DNA of 53,291 nt, filler included, from Sphacelaria rigidula (lineage: Eukaryota): the NCBI GenBank assembly GCA_964200075.2. It is 4 parts of 4 records of this genome, joined end to end, with 100 filler letters (N's around TTAATTAATTAA, not from the genome) between each part and the next. Parts side by side here need not be neighbours in the genome. Positions count along the whole stretch, not along the records: positions 26,697 to 39,944 come from CAXNAA020003030.1; positions 40,045 to 53,291 come from CAXNAA020003031.1; 2 more parts are not named here. One strand, 5' to 3'. The notes beneath the pieces were generated by a model. The model saw only the letters and a list, made by a program, of their open reading frames with translations. It was not told the DNA's origin and ran no database searches. Positions 36,236 through 48,500 of this stretch are shown piece by piece. A program made the position numbers and the translations under genes. Position 1 is the first letter of the stretch, and every line of letters begins with the position of its first letter.

Positions 36236-39200
36236 GGTTATATCAGTGAAACCTGCAGGGGCGAAAAACAGTCGAGAAAGTGAGATGAATGACCCCCAAT
36301 AAAAAGAAAGGCAAGAACCGCGGAAGGAAGGTGGAGTACTATTGTAAAAACGAACAAACAAAAAAATTCCGTCTTGACCCTCCTCCTGTGTGACACTGAC
36401 TAGTGCGCCCACATACACCGAAAGGGGTAGACCGGCGTCCAGATTACATGAGACGACAACACGACACAACACAACACAGTCTCCGCTTCCATCAAAGACG
36501 TGCGATGGTAGCGTAACTTTGACGAAGCCTACTGGGTCTGCGTACATGAATACCTTTGTTGCGAAATGCACATGCTTGCTAGGGGCGAAAATAAAACGAG
36601 CAGCGTGGCTCAAGTCATTTCTGGCCAGATCGCCAAGAATGTCGTATTTGCTGCCCGCTCTGTTCCGAGACGGTCAAATCCATCCCAGCACACATACCAC
36701 TTCACCTAGGGCTCGGAAATGATGTGTCCAACCATTAACCAGTTGAATGGCAGATAATGGTTTAGTCATCGAGCGGCGAAGCCGCGAGCCAAAAAGCCCC
36801 TCTCGGTAGAGTAGGGCGCTCCGGAGGCACCCCCAGAGGGCCCCGCTGGAGGCGCCGTGCCAGAGGCACGTTTTACGCGATTTGGCTTTCACTGGAGCAA
36901 AAAAATACGTTGAATTTGGGCGAATTTCAAAGGGCAAAACCGTAGCGCACTTGGCTCGGAATTTCGACAAGAAAAGTAGCCCATTCGATATAACCATCGA
37001 AAAAAATGGGACCCCGTCTTTGCTGGTCTTTTGATTTTTTGGCGGGAAAACATGGTACTGAAGTACGAGCCATTGATGGTGAAGGCTGGCCGCGCGAGCT
37101 TGAGACAGGCAGCGTGCCAGAGAACCATGGGTGGATGTGGACCCGCGTGATCGGTAGTGTCGCTGCTGCGATTTCCGGCGCCGAGTATATCGCCGACGGT
37201 TTTCATGGTGGGCGGGATTCGCGCTCTGGCGTGTCCTCTGCTCCCCTGTGTGTGCTGGAGTGTGTCCTACAGCCCAGGACTGCCGCTACGTATGTGTTGT
37301 GTACTGTCTGTTGTAGCCGCCTGCTGTATGTAGCATATGAAGCCGGTAGCGGCATACGGTGGTTCGAAACCAGTATCCAGAAATTTCATATAATCATCAT
37401 TATCATCATGATGATAATGAGCAGTTATAAGTGGTACCATTTCGGAGCTTTAATTTCAACACGTTTGTTTCCATATCCGAATCTTCATAAAGACTATTTT
37501 TTTGCGGGGGAACCAACAACTCGTGGGGAAAATCTCACCGCCGAGGTATGCCGACGATTACTGTCGTAAGAAGGCGACCTTCAAGATCCCCCGCGCTCGA
37601 GAACGGAAGATAGACATGAGCTCGTATTTACACCATATATCCAGCTCTGGGAGCCACGGCCGCTCGAAGGGGTTAAAAACATGCGGAACTGGGATCGCGA
37701 AGATAAAAACTTCTTCGGGCGAAAAAAATACTACTTGACTGGTTGGAAATTCACGTCCAACGGCGCAGACGCTGAAAACTTCGGCCAGGTGCCACCGAAG
37801 CGTGTCTCTCCAACAACAAAAAGAAGCTAAGCTCAAGAACAGGCTATGTTTGCTGGCAAGGCAGAGCACTACATCGCCCGGCGAGACAGGGAAGCTTGTT
37901 GAGTTCCAGAATATCCGCAGATGGTGGCATGTTGGCAGCTTCCGCGTCACGAGGACACAGTAGTGACGGAAGTTATAAAACTGCTGCATATCATTCCAAC
38001 TGGGCGACGATCGCCGAGGATTTTACAAACACGCACGCATCCTACCATGTGCACGGTTCGTACTTTTGCAGGGATACACGTCAACTTCGCCAGGACGAGG
38101 CGACAGCAACACATGAACAAAACTTGAAGTTCAACAGACGGGAAGTTGCAGGACATCACCACCGTACAAATCGCAGCTCAACAGAAAATGCGGGCCAAAA
38201 ACCTTTCAGTCGAGCGATGCATTGTGTTCCACCACGCCAGGTGGTTTTGAACCAAAAACGTTCCGAAATATTCTCTTCATGAAATAATCTTCATCCCCCT
38301 TCCCCTTTTCCCTTCCCATCCTCTTGCCCCTCCTGAAACTCAACTACCATGAGACCAAGACTGCAAACGTGCGAAGTCGTTCAAATCAATCGACAGTGCA
38401 GACTTGCACGCAACCTTGTGAAATCGGGAAGGCTTCTACATAGGTGCACAAATCCTTCGCTTCCCCGACCCAGAGCCAACTGCGCACACCAAACATCGTC
38501 AAAGTGTGCCGGAATCCTCTTCGATAAAACGCATAGCAGGACATGTCAGGATAGCGTCACCGTCTCATCACGGGAAAAACGCAGCTGAACGATCAAAACG
38601 TGCCCTCTTTATCAGTGTGCATATGGGTCCCATGAGACGCGGTCAATTTGGCGTCGAGTTGACTTCATCTTGAGAGTGCGGACTGGATTTTTTTCGTTTT
38701 TTCTTCTCTTTGGATTTTTCGGATGTGGGACATGGATAGCAGGCAATATCGGCACCACGTGTTCCAAGAAACTAACTGTGCATTACTTCAAAAAGGTAGT
38801 GTGTGATCGAGGACCCAAAAATCAGGGCTCCAAGCTTGAATATCCTAGAGCGCCTGAGATATTCCGAAAAAATCACTCAGGATGATGATTCAGCCGTGCA
38901 CCGAGGAGGAAAATGGAGACGGACCCGTCCAACAGCCCGCAATCAAATATTTTGATATTTTTTACGCCACACGAAGACAGTACAAATAGTTGCACATCAA
39001 AATTAGTTGGACCGGTAAAAGTGGGCCCGTCCCGTCCCGGACGGGACCGCCGCCGCCACCCATCACCCAACGCAACGACTGTTGTTGTCGGCAAGGATAA
39101 AGCAACACGCGCGGCAGGCGAAAAATCTTTTTCCAAGCTTCGACCAGCACAATCCGCTCCAACGGTTCAAACCGTCAACAGCCAGAGGTGATATGTATCA

Positions 39201-39326
39201 CACAGACAATAACCTTGACCATTTTGTCGTAGCTATTATATTGTGCATAGATACTCGATTCTGAACCCGACCGCACATCATTACCGACCAGCAACCACCG
39301 TGGAATATGATATGCACAGTACAGTA

Positions 39327-39849
39327 CCGTGCCGTATGACAACATGCTGTATTCGAGTGTACGCAGCTTCACGAAGATACAGCTGTTTGATACCTGTCGC
39401 GCTGGTAGCTGGATCTGTGGAAGGTTGGCACAGAGCAGGTGCGGGTGCGGGTAGCACATTCTGGCCTCTGATCTAGCGAGCAACCATGAGCGGCACCAAC
39501 CGTGCTCGTGCTGCACATCACGCGATTCATCCGTGATGGACATCCTCGAAAACAGTAATCCTTCCGCCAGCGGGCGAGTTAGCTGGCCAGTTGGCGGACG
39601 GATTTTTGTTTTCGAGGATGTACATCACGGATAAACCGCGTGATGTGAAGCAGAAGCACAATTGGTGCTGCTTATGGCTACTGGCTAGGTTAGGCCGGAA
39701 CACACTAACCCCACCTGCACCTGCTCTGTGCCAACCTTCCACAGATCCGGTTACCAGCCCGTGTAGCGCGGGCTGCGCACAGATATCAAACAACTGTATC
39801 TTCGTGAAGCTGCGTACACTCGAATACAGCCTGTTGTCATACGGCACGG
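39327..39849. mobile_element. Foldback MITE (family C), TA TSD, Tc1/mariner-like
   Basis: TA|CCGTGCCGTATGACAACA...TGTTGTCATACGGCACGG|TA. Arms are complementary almost to the centre (~39580). Confidence 0.88.
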
Positions 39850-39852
39850 TAC

Positions 39853-39944
39853 CTTTTTTTTTTTCCCTCACACTTGGAACCCCTCCCCTTCCTCGGGATG
39901 AGTCCGTGGTCTCAGGGGATCAACCCATCTCTCCCCCGGTACGT
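39853..39944 (-). mobile_element. SINE S1 3' end, truncated by the contig end
   Basis: Poly-T + CACACTTGGAACCCCTCCCCTTCCTCGGGATGAGTCCGTGGTCTCAGGGGATCAACCCATCTCTCCCCCG is the reverse complement of the S1 tail. Confidence 0.8.
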
Positions 39945-40044
39945 NNNNNNNNNNNNNNNNNNNNNNNNNNNNNNNNNNNNNNNNNNNNTTAATTAATTAA
40001 NNNNNNNNNNNNNNNNNNNNNNNNNNNNNNNNNNNNNNNNNNNN
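39945..40044. other. Artificial contig-joining spacer
   Basis: 44 N + TTAATTAATTAA + 44 N. Confidence 0.98.
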
Positions 40045-40460
40045 GACTAGTTGTACCGTATCATTCGAATCAGGTACACAAGTGTGTTCATACCTCACCT
40101 GTAGGAGCTGGATCGCATAGAAACTGATCTGTCCGACGTGTGAAACCTTTAATATATGTGGGCGCATCAGCCGAGGTCACACAGAAGAAAGATCAGCACA
40201 GGACATTTTTTTTCTTTTGTTGTATTCTGTACTCGACCTTCCTTCTGCGGTACTTGCCTTAATATTTGTATCGCGAGAGCGGTTCAGCAGTCCCGTTCCC
40301 TCGTCGACCGTTGAGCCGAATCTGGTGTATCCACAACATGGTCGCTCTCCACTGTTGGGCATGGTGTGAGGAAAAATCCCAAATTGCTCCTAGAACTGAA
40401 CCCACGACCCAACCGTCAGAAGGTTTCGAGGATATTAACTGAGCTACCGAAACGATCGGC
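40045..40460 (-). mobile_element. tRNA-derived SINE (family S2)
   Basis: Minus head GGTAGCTCAGTTAA..CTCGAAACCTTCTGACGGTTGGGTCGTGGGTTCAGTTC (A/B-box-like). The body recurs at 23390-23565. The 3' boundary is uncertain (contig edge). Confidence 0.7.
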
Positions 40461-40579
40461 AAGGAACAGCACCAGCGCTTCGCACGTGGTCCCCCATCGT
40501 AGTACTAGCCTGGCCCGACGGCGCTTAACTTCACAGAGCGGATGGGATATGGTCCAATCGACGTGGTATGGCCGTTCCT
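40461..40579 (-). rRNA. 5S rRNA, full-length copy (probably a pseudogene or retrocopy)
   Basis: AGGAACGGCCATACCACGTCGATTGGACCATATCCCATCCGCTCTGTGAAGTTAAGCGCCGTCGGGCCAGGCTAGTACTACGATGGGGGACCACGTGCGAAGCGCTGGTGCTGTTCCTT (119 nt). Helix I pairs (AGGAACGGC/GCTGTTCCT). Conserved GGCCATACC, GAAGTTAAGC, TAGTACT and GGGGACC. No oligo-T terminator follows. Confidence 0.9.
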
Positions 40580-41572
40580 AGAGTAGATTTGACGTTTTTT
40601 TACACGAGATGAAGAAATGTTGACCGACTCAGCTTGTCTCGATACTGCGTGTCGTTCGTCTCCTTTTACTCTGTTGAATTACTTGAGTAATGAATTGGGC
40701 ATGCTGTCCTCTCGACACGCTTTTCCTATATGAACGAAATTGTCCCCCGTGTTGGTCGCTAGCCGCTTGATTGCTCAACCTCTGCTCATGTGATTAATTT
40801 GGCAGAAGCAGAAAGTAGAAAGAAAAGGCTGTTGATACATTCACGCAGTACCAACACGGGGTAAGGCCCAAAAGGGTTCAGGTAGAAGCAATGACGGCTA
40901 TTTCGGCTCCAAACTTGTCTCCGTTCGAATTTACGATCCAAACGAAACTGGCGGAAGAGTCCACAAATGATGTACAGCAAAGCTCTTCTATAAAAACCTT
41001 CATCTTTGATTTTCCGCTCAAGGTTTAAAAGTTGGTAATCAATGATTAACATGCCGTCGTTCGAGTATTCTTCATTTTTCAACCCAAATGCACGTGCTGA
41101 CATTTCTGTTCGATCAGATGACTCTTCCTACATAGAAAATATGAGATTCAAAAAGATCCATTGTAGGGTTGCACTTGTCTGCGCCAAGTGGTGGGACTAA
41201 CCGGCCTGTGAAATGAAGAACACCTGATACATGTAGGTGGCGTGCGACGACACAAATCGGGAGATGGGAATTCTACTATGTAGAACCCTCCGTCACACGT
41301 CTGGGCAGGTGCTTCCACCTTCTCCACAGCTGGCTCGTGTACTGGAATCGACAAATTTTGTTTCAAACGCGTTGAAGCTCAGAGCAAGTCGTCGGTCATT
41401 TCGAGTAATGTCCGTTCGAAACAGACACACGAGATTCAAGCACTTGTCGTTGCCGCGAACGGAAAGGCAAACGAGGCCGTTTAGAAACCTCTGTGGTGCG
41501 GTCAGTTTCAAAATATTTATATCATGGTCAAAGCCAGCAGATCAAGGCAACGCGCGTGTGCATCGAAAGGAA

Positions 41573-42211
41573 CGCAGGCACCGTAGGTAACGTATGTACC
41601 CGGTACCGTTATGTGGAACATGTTATTCCCTATCCATACCGGTCCAATCGGATATTTCCACAGTATTGCGAGATATCAATACCTACCGTACCCGCTCGAT
41701 CGGGTATTTTCAAATGTCATACCCACGATACCTACGATACCACAGTATTTCAAGATTTAGATACCTACCGTACCCGCTCGATCGGGTATTTTCAAATGTC
41801 ATACCCACGATACCTACGATACCACAGTATTTCAAGATTTAGATACTTACCGTACCCGCTCGATCCGGTATTTTCAAATGTCATACCCACGATACCTACG
41901 ATACCACAGTATTTCAAGATTTAGATACCTACCGTACCCGCTCGATCCGGTATTTTCAAATGTCATACCTACGATACCACAGTATTTCGAGATTTCGATA
42001 CCTACCGTACCCGCCCAACGGGTTCGTTTCAAGTGTCGTACCTACGATACTTACGATACCACGGTAGTTCGAGATTTCGATACCTACCGTACCCGCTCAA
42101 TCAGTTTTTTCTAAAACGCATACCTACGATACCCACGCATACCAGGGTGTGGGATACCCTGGTGAATACCGGGGGTACCCTTGGTACGGTACTTTACCCA
42201 CGGTGCCTGTG
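41573..42211. mobile_element. Family-B MITE with internal 82-bp tandem array, 8-bp TSD
   Basis: CGCAGGCACCGTAGGTAA...TTACCCACGGTGCCTGTG. Flanks GAAAGGAA (41565-41572) and GAGAGGAA (42212-42219). Units start at 41679, 41761, 41843, 41925, 41998 and 42080. Confidence 0.88.
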
Positions 42212-42552
42212 GAGAGGAAGCAGTGTAGACCATCACCTTGTTTTCAACAGAATGTCATACTTTAGAAAGCGGTGCTTCAATTTGATGTGTGCACTCGCTG
42301 CATACACCTCACAACACGAGAGAATATTTCAAGGGTGGGTCGAGCGCGGTATCCCCAATACTCTATATTTTTCAAAAGCCATACTCTTAGTATCCAAACA
42401 TCTGGGTAGAATTTTGAAATCGTACGCAATCTACCCAAAATTTGGACGGAGTAAATATCCGAGTGTTTTACCCGAGTATTCCAAAGTACATAACCTTACC
42501 TGACATGCCCTTGTAATATTTTCACGTCGTGTTTTCGACGAAAGAAATCAGT

Positions 42553-45500
42553 ATGGACCTTTACGAGTATGAAGACGAAGATATGGAGCTGGAGCTGCAA
42601 GGCTACATGTCACCAGATGAGGGCGACGGAGATCTCGCTGGCTTCGAAAAACCGGAAATGAAGGTCGACTTCTCCACTGCGGTCGTCGTTTCCAACTTGC
42701 CCAAGGTTGGTGCTGCCCGCTTCCGACCAACCCTCACTGAAAATTGACGTGTACGAAAATCTTCTGCGCTGTTGAGTCTAAGTTATTTGACGTCAGACTT
42801 GAAAATCAATTGGGTTGATATTGACAGCAGAAGCATGAAGCCCCAAGGTATCGTGCGTTGAGGCGCAACTGGAAATGTTTTTCAGGAGGGGGCTCTGTAC
42901 GCCATAAATGAACCCTACGTGGACCAGTCGCGTCAGTGTGAAAAACTGCCTCGGTTGCACACTTTTCATGAGTCAAAAGTTGGGTACAGTGCGATACACT
43001 TTACCCGTTGGTTGGAGGCAGTGCTCGCAAACGAAATTGAAGGTGCCTGGCGTTCAATGTCGGCCGGCGTTTTTGCTCCTCGAAGAGGTACGACGTCCAA
43101 GGAATCACGGGCATCCTGTGGGAAGCAGGGTTGTATCTAGTCATGGCCACGGCGTGGTCTGGCTGGTGGTCTGCCGCATGCTTCGTTCATGTAATCCTGA
43201 ACGATGTTACCGCAATCCAAAATGAAGGAGCAATGCATACAGTAGTATCGATTGACTGTGTTATCCATCATGATGTCCCGGGGTTACATGCTCCTGTTGT
43301 GTTGTGCTGGCCAAGGTTCCTGAGACGAAGCACGAGAAGCTAGGGGGGGTCGTACGGAAGGTCTTCAGCCGAGTGGGCACCATCGCTGAAGATGGACTGA
43401 CGCACCCATTTGATGGCGCTGCCGGCCTCACGAAAGGATTCGCATTCGTTAACTTTGTCAATCCTCAAGACGCGAAGCAGGCTGTCGCCACCTTGAATGG
43501 ATGGCAGCTGGACAAGAGCCACAATATCAAGGTGAACAAATTTAAGCCGGAGTCACCCAGGCGCACTGTGGATGGTCAATCGCTTGGTACTGCTGGTATC
43601 AACATCTCTGCTGTCCCAAGGACCTCGTCTGTGTTGGGAGCGCTGTCGTGGCATCTCGGGGTCACCTAGCTCGTTTGTCGTACGTGGTGCACCATTGCCA
43701 TCACCGTACGTCACGCCATGACCTGCGAACTGCTCTCAGTTTGATATCAGTTGTCGCTTCATGTGTAGGAGGGATCAAATCATGCAGTCGTGCGCTTTTC
43801 GATTCGTTCATGGTCGTGAGTGGCGAGGGAGTTCCATGACAAAACAAAGTCTTATTCTGCTCATACGTTTTGTTGGAAGAAATATTTTCACAATCGAAAT
43901 GGCCAAACTGTACGTTCATTTATGGCAGGTGTTCCCATTTGAACAGCTGGAGCGTCTACGGAATTTGGGAGAGGTATACGAATCGCCCGAGCCGAAGCCT
44001 TTCAAACCCAGGGTTGATCCTTCCTCGTGGTTGGCGGACGAGCAGCATAGGGATCAGTTTGTACTCCGGTACAGCGAACCTCACCCAAGTGGGAAGCTGG
44101 TGAGAGTTTTGTCATATTTCGTCCAAGTACTTTATCGTGAACGTATACATCGTTGCATGCGTCGCCATCTCTGTGATCTGCTTACTAGCTGCGCCGTCAT
44201 GCGTTCCTACTGTTGTTGACGAACGCTCCTTCTATCGTGCGATATACTAGCTAGCGATGCCGTCCTCCACTAATAACCGGCGGGTCAAGACAAGCTCTAG
44301 TCTCTCTCTTTGCTTGCAATCTCGCCAACAAATTGCCCGTCGCCCTCCCTCCACTTTCTCGTTAATATCTTTTTTGTTCTACCGCCAGGTACACGAGGCG
44401 CAAGTAATGTGGTGCGAGAAGCTCCAAGCCCCGACCTTGTGCTACGGAGGAGAGCGGGAAAAAGAAGCTGGAAAATCATGGTGAGATGAGAACTAGGCGC
44501 TCCACTCCTACGCGACTATCCTTTGCTCTCGGGCAATGTTTGCTGTTGGCACTGCCCACGATTCCCACGAATCCTCGCCAAGAACAGGAGGAATACTGGT
44601 CAGAAGGTTGTGTCAGGCTGCCGAGATGAGGGCGGCTGGCGGATATCCCTGATTCCTGGCGTGATTACCCGCAAAGTGCACTCGCACATCTTTCCAGCTT
44701 TGTGTCGAATTTTTCGCTTCCTGCTCACGTGAGCCGCCTGTCGACGTCGTGTGCCGTGTTGTCCAGGTGTGAGCTCTTCCTCATGTGGTCTCCGCAGGGG
44801 ACTTATCTGACTACATTCCACGTTCCCGGAATAGCGCTCTGGGGTGGGGAGCGATTCGAGAAGCAGGGGCGATTCCCTCATAAGGATGTCAAGGTCCGCT
44901 ACGTGAAGTCTTTTTTGCTGCAGCTTGCATGAACTAATCCAGCATTATCCATCTAGTGCATGAATTTTCTTGTATCGGCGAAGCGCACACCGAGTTGTTG
45001 GATGTTGTCAAATCTGTTCAGCACCAGCCCGATCAATCCAACTATCCGCCCAGGTGGTGGAGTTTTCACCGTGCGAAACGTACGTCATGACCTGCAACTT
45101 CGAGCCGGGAGACAAGGCAATCATCATCTGGGAGGTTCTGACAGGACAAATGCTCCGCGCGTTTCCCATGGCCACAACCACTGCCGCAGGTGCGCTTTCT
45201 TGCACCTGCATGATATAAGCAGGAGAAAGTCGCACACCGTGCCCTGATTTGTAAATGCCGGACTTGACCGCTGGCTGGAAACTTCAGCACTTGCTGCCAT
45301 CTTGATTGCTGCCTGAAAACTTCTTCTGTCCTCTCATGAGTGAACAATAAAAACGTCAAGGTCACACCACAAAACTGCGGTGAATTCGCAGCTTTGTACG
45401 TAAGTAGGGGCGATATCGCGCCTCGAGACAAAATGTGGAACATACTCCTTGTGGGCCCTTTTTCGTTTAATTATTTATGTGTCCTGTGTGTGATACATGT

Positions 45501-48500
45501 CCCGTCACATCGCAGATGGAGCGGCATCTCTGTTCCGCTGGAGCGCGGATGGGAAGTACCTAGCACGTAAGGGCAAGGATCTGATCTCCATCTATGAGCT
45601 CCCGTCGATGCGCCTTCTGGACAAAAAATCCTTGAAGGTATGAATGAAATCGGTCCAGTCGCTCACGCTGGTCGACTCGAGTGCTGCATGACGTCGTGTC
45701 AAACGCTGTCGTCCGCGTACTTCACTTTGCTGGTATTACTCCTCTACCTTACAGGCAGAAGGCGTATCCGACTTCGAGTGGAGCCCGAAGGACAACGTGC
45801 TAGCGTACTGGGCGCCAGAGCAGGCCAACGCCCCAGCAAGAGTGTCCGTAGTCGAGATTCCGTCCCGAAAAGAGCTACGTCAGAAAAACTTGGTGATGGT
45901 CAGCGAGTGCCGGCTTCACTGGCAGGTGAGTAACTGGTTCCAGCACGCACACGTGGTGTGTGAGACACCAATGCTGCGTCATGGGTGATGGGTTGGCCAG
46001 CAGTCGCACCATGATGGGGCACTCGATGCGCTGATCCACGGTTGCTTTTTATCAAGTAGGAGTGATGAGCGCATCGTCAAGCATGCATGCAGTTGCGCTG
46101 CGGTCCCTTTTCAGGCTTGTTCGTCGTGCTCGATCGCGATCCCTGCTATTACGACCGACAGGACGAGGGAGACTACTTGTGCGTGAAGGTCTTGCGGCAC
46201 TCTAAATCGAAGAAGACGATGGTGAGCCAACGGTTTCGTTGTGCATGGAATTATCACATGTTGGAAAGCACGTATTTGCGCAACATATATGCTCGCGCAT
46301 CGCTGTGCCTGCGACCGCCTGGCCGGTTTTACACGAGTACGTGACGTAAGCACGGGAACAACACATGAGCCTTTATTTGATACTTTGTTCAGTTCAGTGA
46401 AGTTCTGGCACCATACCACGTTTCTCCATTCGAGCCCCCATTTTCTGGAGGAGGGGGGGGGGGGGGGTGTACTCATGATTTTGATGAATACAAAAGCTGT
46501 GAGCAGGCTGAATTGTATTCGCATTCCACAGGTGGCGTAGAAGAATGTAAGCTCGCTCCGCCAGTCATGCATCCATGTGGCATGTATCTCGCAGCCAGTG
46601 CACATTCGCACTCTTTTGTGTCGTTATTTTTGGTCCATGTGCTGAATATTTCTTGAAGGTCAGGAAAGGGGTGATGAACGAACTTGAACCTCCTCCTGTA
46701 AGGGGGCAGGGGGGACAGAGTCACTGGCAATATTTCCACCTCTTCGCCTCCCCCACCAAAAATATATATCCTACGAACCCGTTCTCCGCTGTCCATCCTG
46801 TTTGGATTGTGTATGGTTGAAATCCACACGTTACTGACCGTGGGTGCAGTACAACAACTTCGAGATATTCCGCATACGGGAACCTCTGGTCCCTGTCGAG
46901 ACCATGGAGAAGAAGCAGCCGGTTGCGGCGTTTGCATGGGAGCCCGCTGGTGACCGTTTCACGTTGGTGTTGGGAGACGTCCCCAAGCTCGAGGTCACCT
47001 TCTACACCATGAAGGTGGGTGATGAGCCACTGCAGCCCCTGAAGTTGAGGTATACTTGGGAACTTAACGCTGGATGGCAAAACACTGTGGCAAACACTGG
47101 TCGAAAATAGTTTGCGGTTCTCGTGTTTCATGCACACAGTCTTGCGCGAAAGGGGTTTCTTGTCCTTCGCAAGTAGTTGTGGTGATGTACTGCTTCTTGA
47201 AGGTCTCCACGCACGATATCTGACTGTCGTTGCCCCCCACATATCCACCGTTTTGGTTGTAACCAAGGGCGGTGCTGGGAAAAACGAACTGCAAGAACTC
47301 GAGACATTACCGGACCGTCCCTTCAATCATATTTACTGGTCGCCAATGGGAAACATTTGTCTTCTGGCTGCCATGGGCGACGATGTTGGACCACACAACG
47401 GGCGCTTGGAGGTGCGTGCAACTGTGGTAGCGCCACTCAAGAGTCTTCATAGTTGATGGCTGCCCGCCGATGACCATGCCTAAAAGTACGCACGTAGCAC
47501 CTCACTTGACAGGTGAAGTGTTGAGCAAACGCTGGCCCGTTGAAATGTTGGATCATCTGTATAGTCTTTTAGCTTTCAGTCAATTGGACCCGCCCCCCCC
47601 CGCGCCCCGCGCCCCATCGCCCGCTTTTCCTCCCCCCCCCTGGCAGGTCGTTGCACTCACGNNNNNNNNNNTGAGCAAATGCTGGCCCGTTTAAATTTTG
47701 TATTTTTTTTTTTGTTTTTTTTCTTTCAGTCCCCCCCCCCCCCCCCCCCCTCCCGCAATATGGTGTTGCAGAGGTTCGCATGCAACCAAATCATGTATAA
47801 TCCACAAGTCGCGTTGCACGGGGCTAGAATTTTTTTTCACCAGATGACGACCAGAACTGATCACTCCAACTCTCACCAAGTCCGAGTCACGACCCAGTTA
47901 CCGTAGTGACTCCTGAGGAAGGTCAACTTCTTGTAAGAAATCATCACACGGCACTGTACCCTCTCCTGATGTACCGCGTCACTGTGTCCGAAGCCTTGTC
48001 GAGTTGTCCTCCGCGTGAAGACCTGCAACGTCAAGAAGATTTATATATTTTCAAACTGTTTCGGTCGTACCTATTGACAGCGCAAACACGCTCATCCGCC
48101 ATTTCCAGCAGGATAATTTCTGACATACTTTGCATCTTGAAACTCTCTATACGGTCTCGCAGTTTTACGACGTCGAAAACCAGGCACCTCTCAAGCAGAC
48201 TGAGCACTTTCGATGCAACTACATCGAATGGGATCCGTCTGGGAGATACGTCTGCACAGCTGTGTCACAACCTGTGACAGGAAGCCACTGGAAAGCGCAG
48301 ATGGACAACGGTTACCAACTCTTCTCTTTCCAGGTACTGTCAAGATAGCATCTGTCGCGGAGAAGAGTGGGTGAGCATGATATGACTGGGCCGCTCGTGC
48401 GAAATGTCTGGCGGTCTGCTACTGTACCCATTTTCATATCTGACACTGTCGCGCCTTCAGGTCTCACCTCGACGCTGACACATGTCCAAAATTATGTAGT

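Noticed and set aside
36889..38282. ORFs of 105-187 aa upstream of the ATP synthase b gene
   Set aside because: No recognisable motifs or consistent splice structure.
40786..41130. 105-aa minus-strand ORF with a possible acceptor
   Set aside because: No recognisable homology or partner exons.
41679..42120. CRISPR-like regular array (also 14200-14680, 16250-16450, 17460-17780)
   Set aside because: Units are contiguous tandem repeats without unique spacers, lie inside TIR/TSD-bounded MITEs, and no cas genes are present in this eukaryotic DNA.
47521..47770. Duplicated segment around a 10-N gap in an eIF3b intron
   Set aside because: Sequence after the gap re-reads 47522 onward and decays into poly-T/poly-C, which points to a low-quality overlap artefact.
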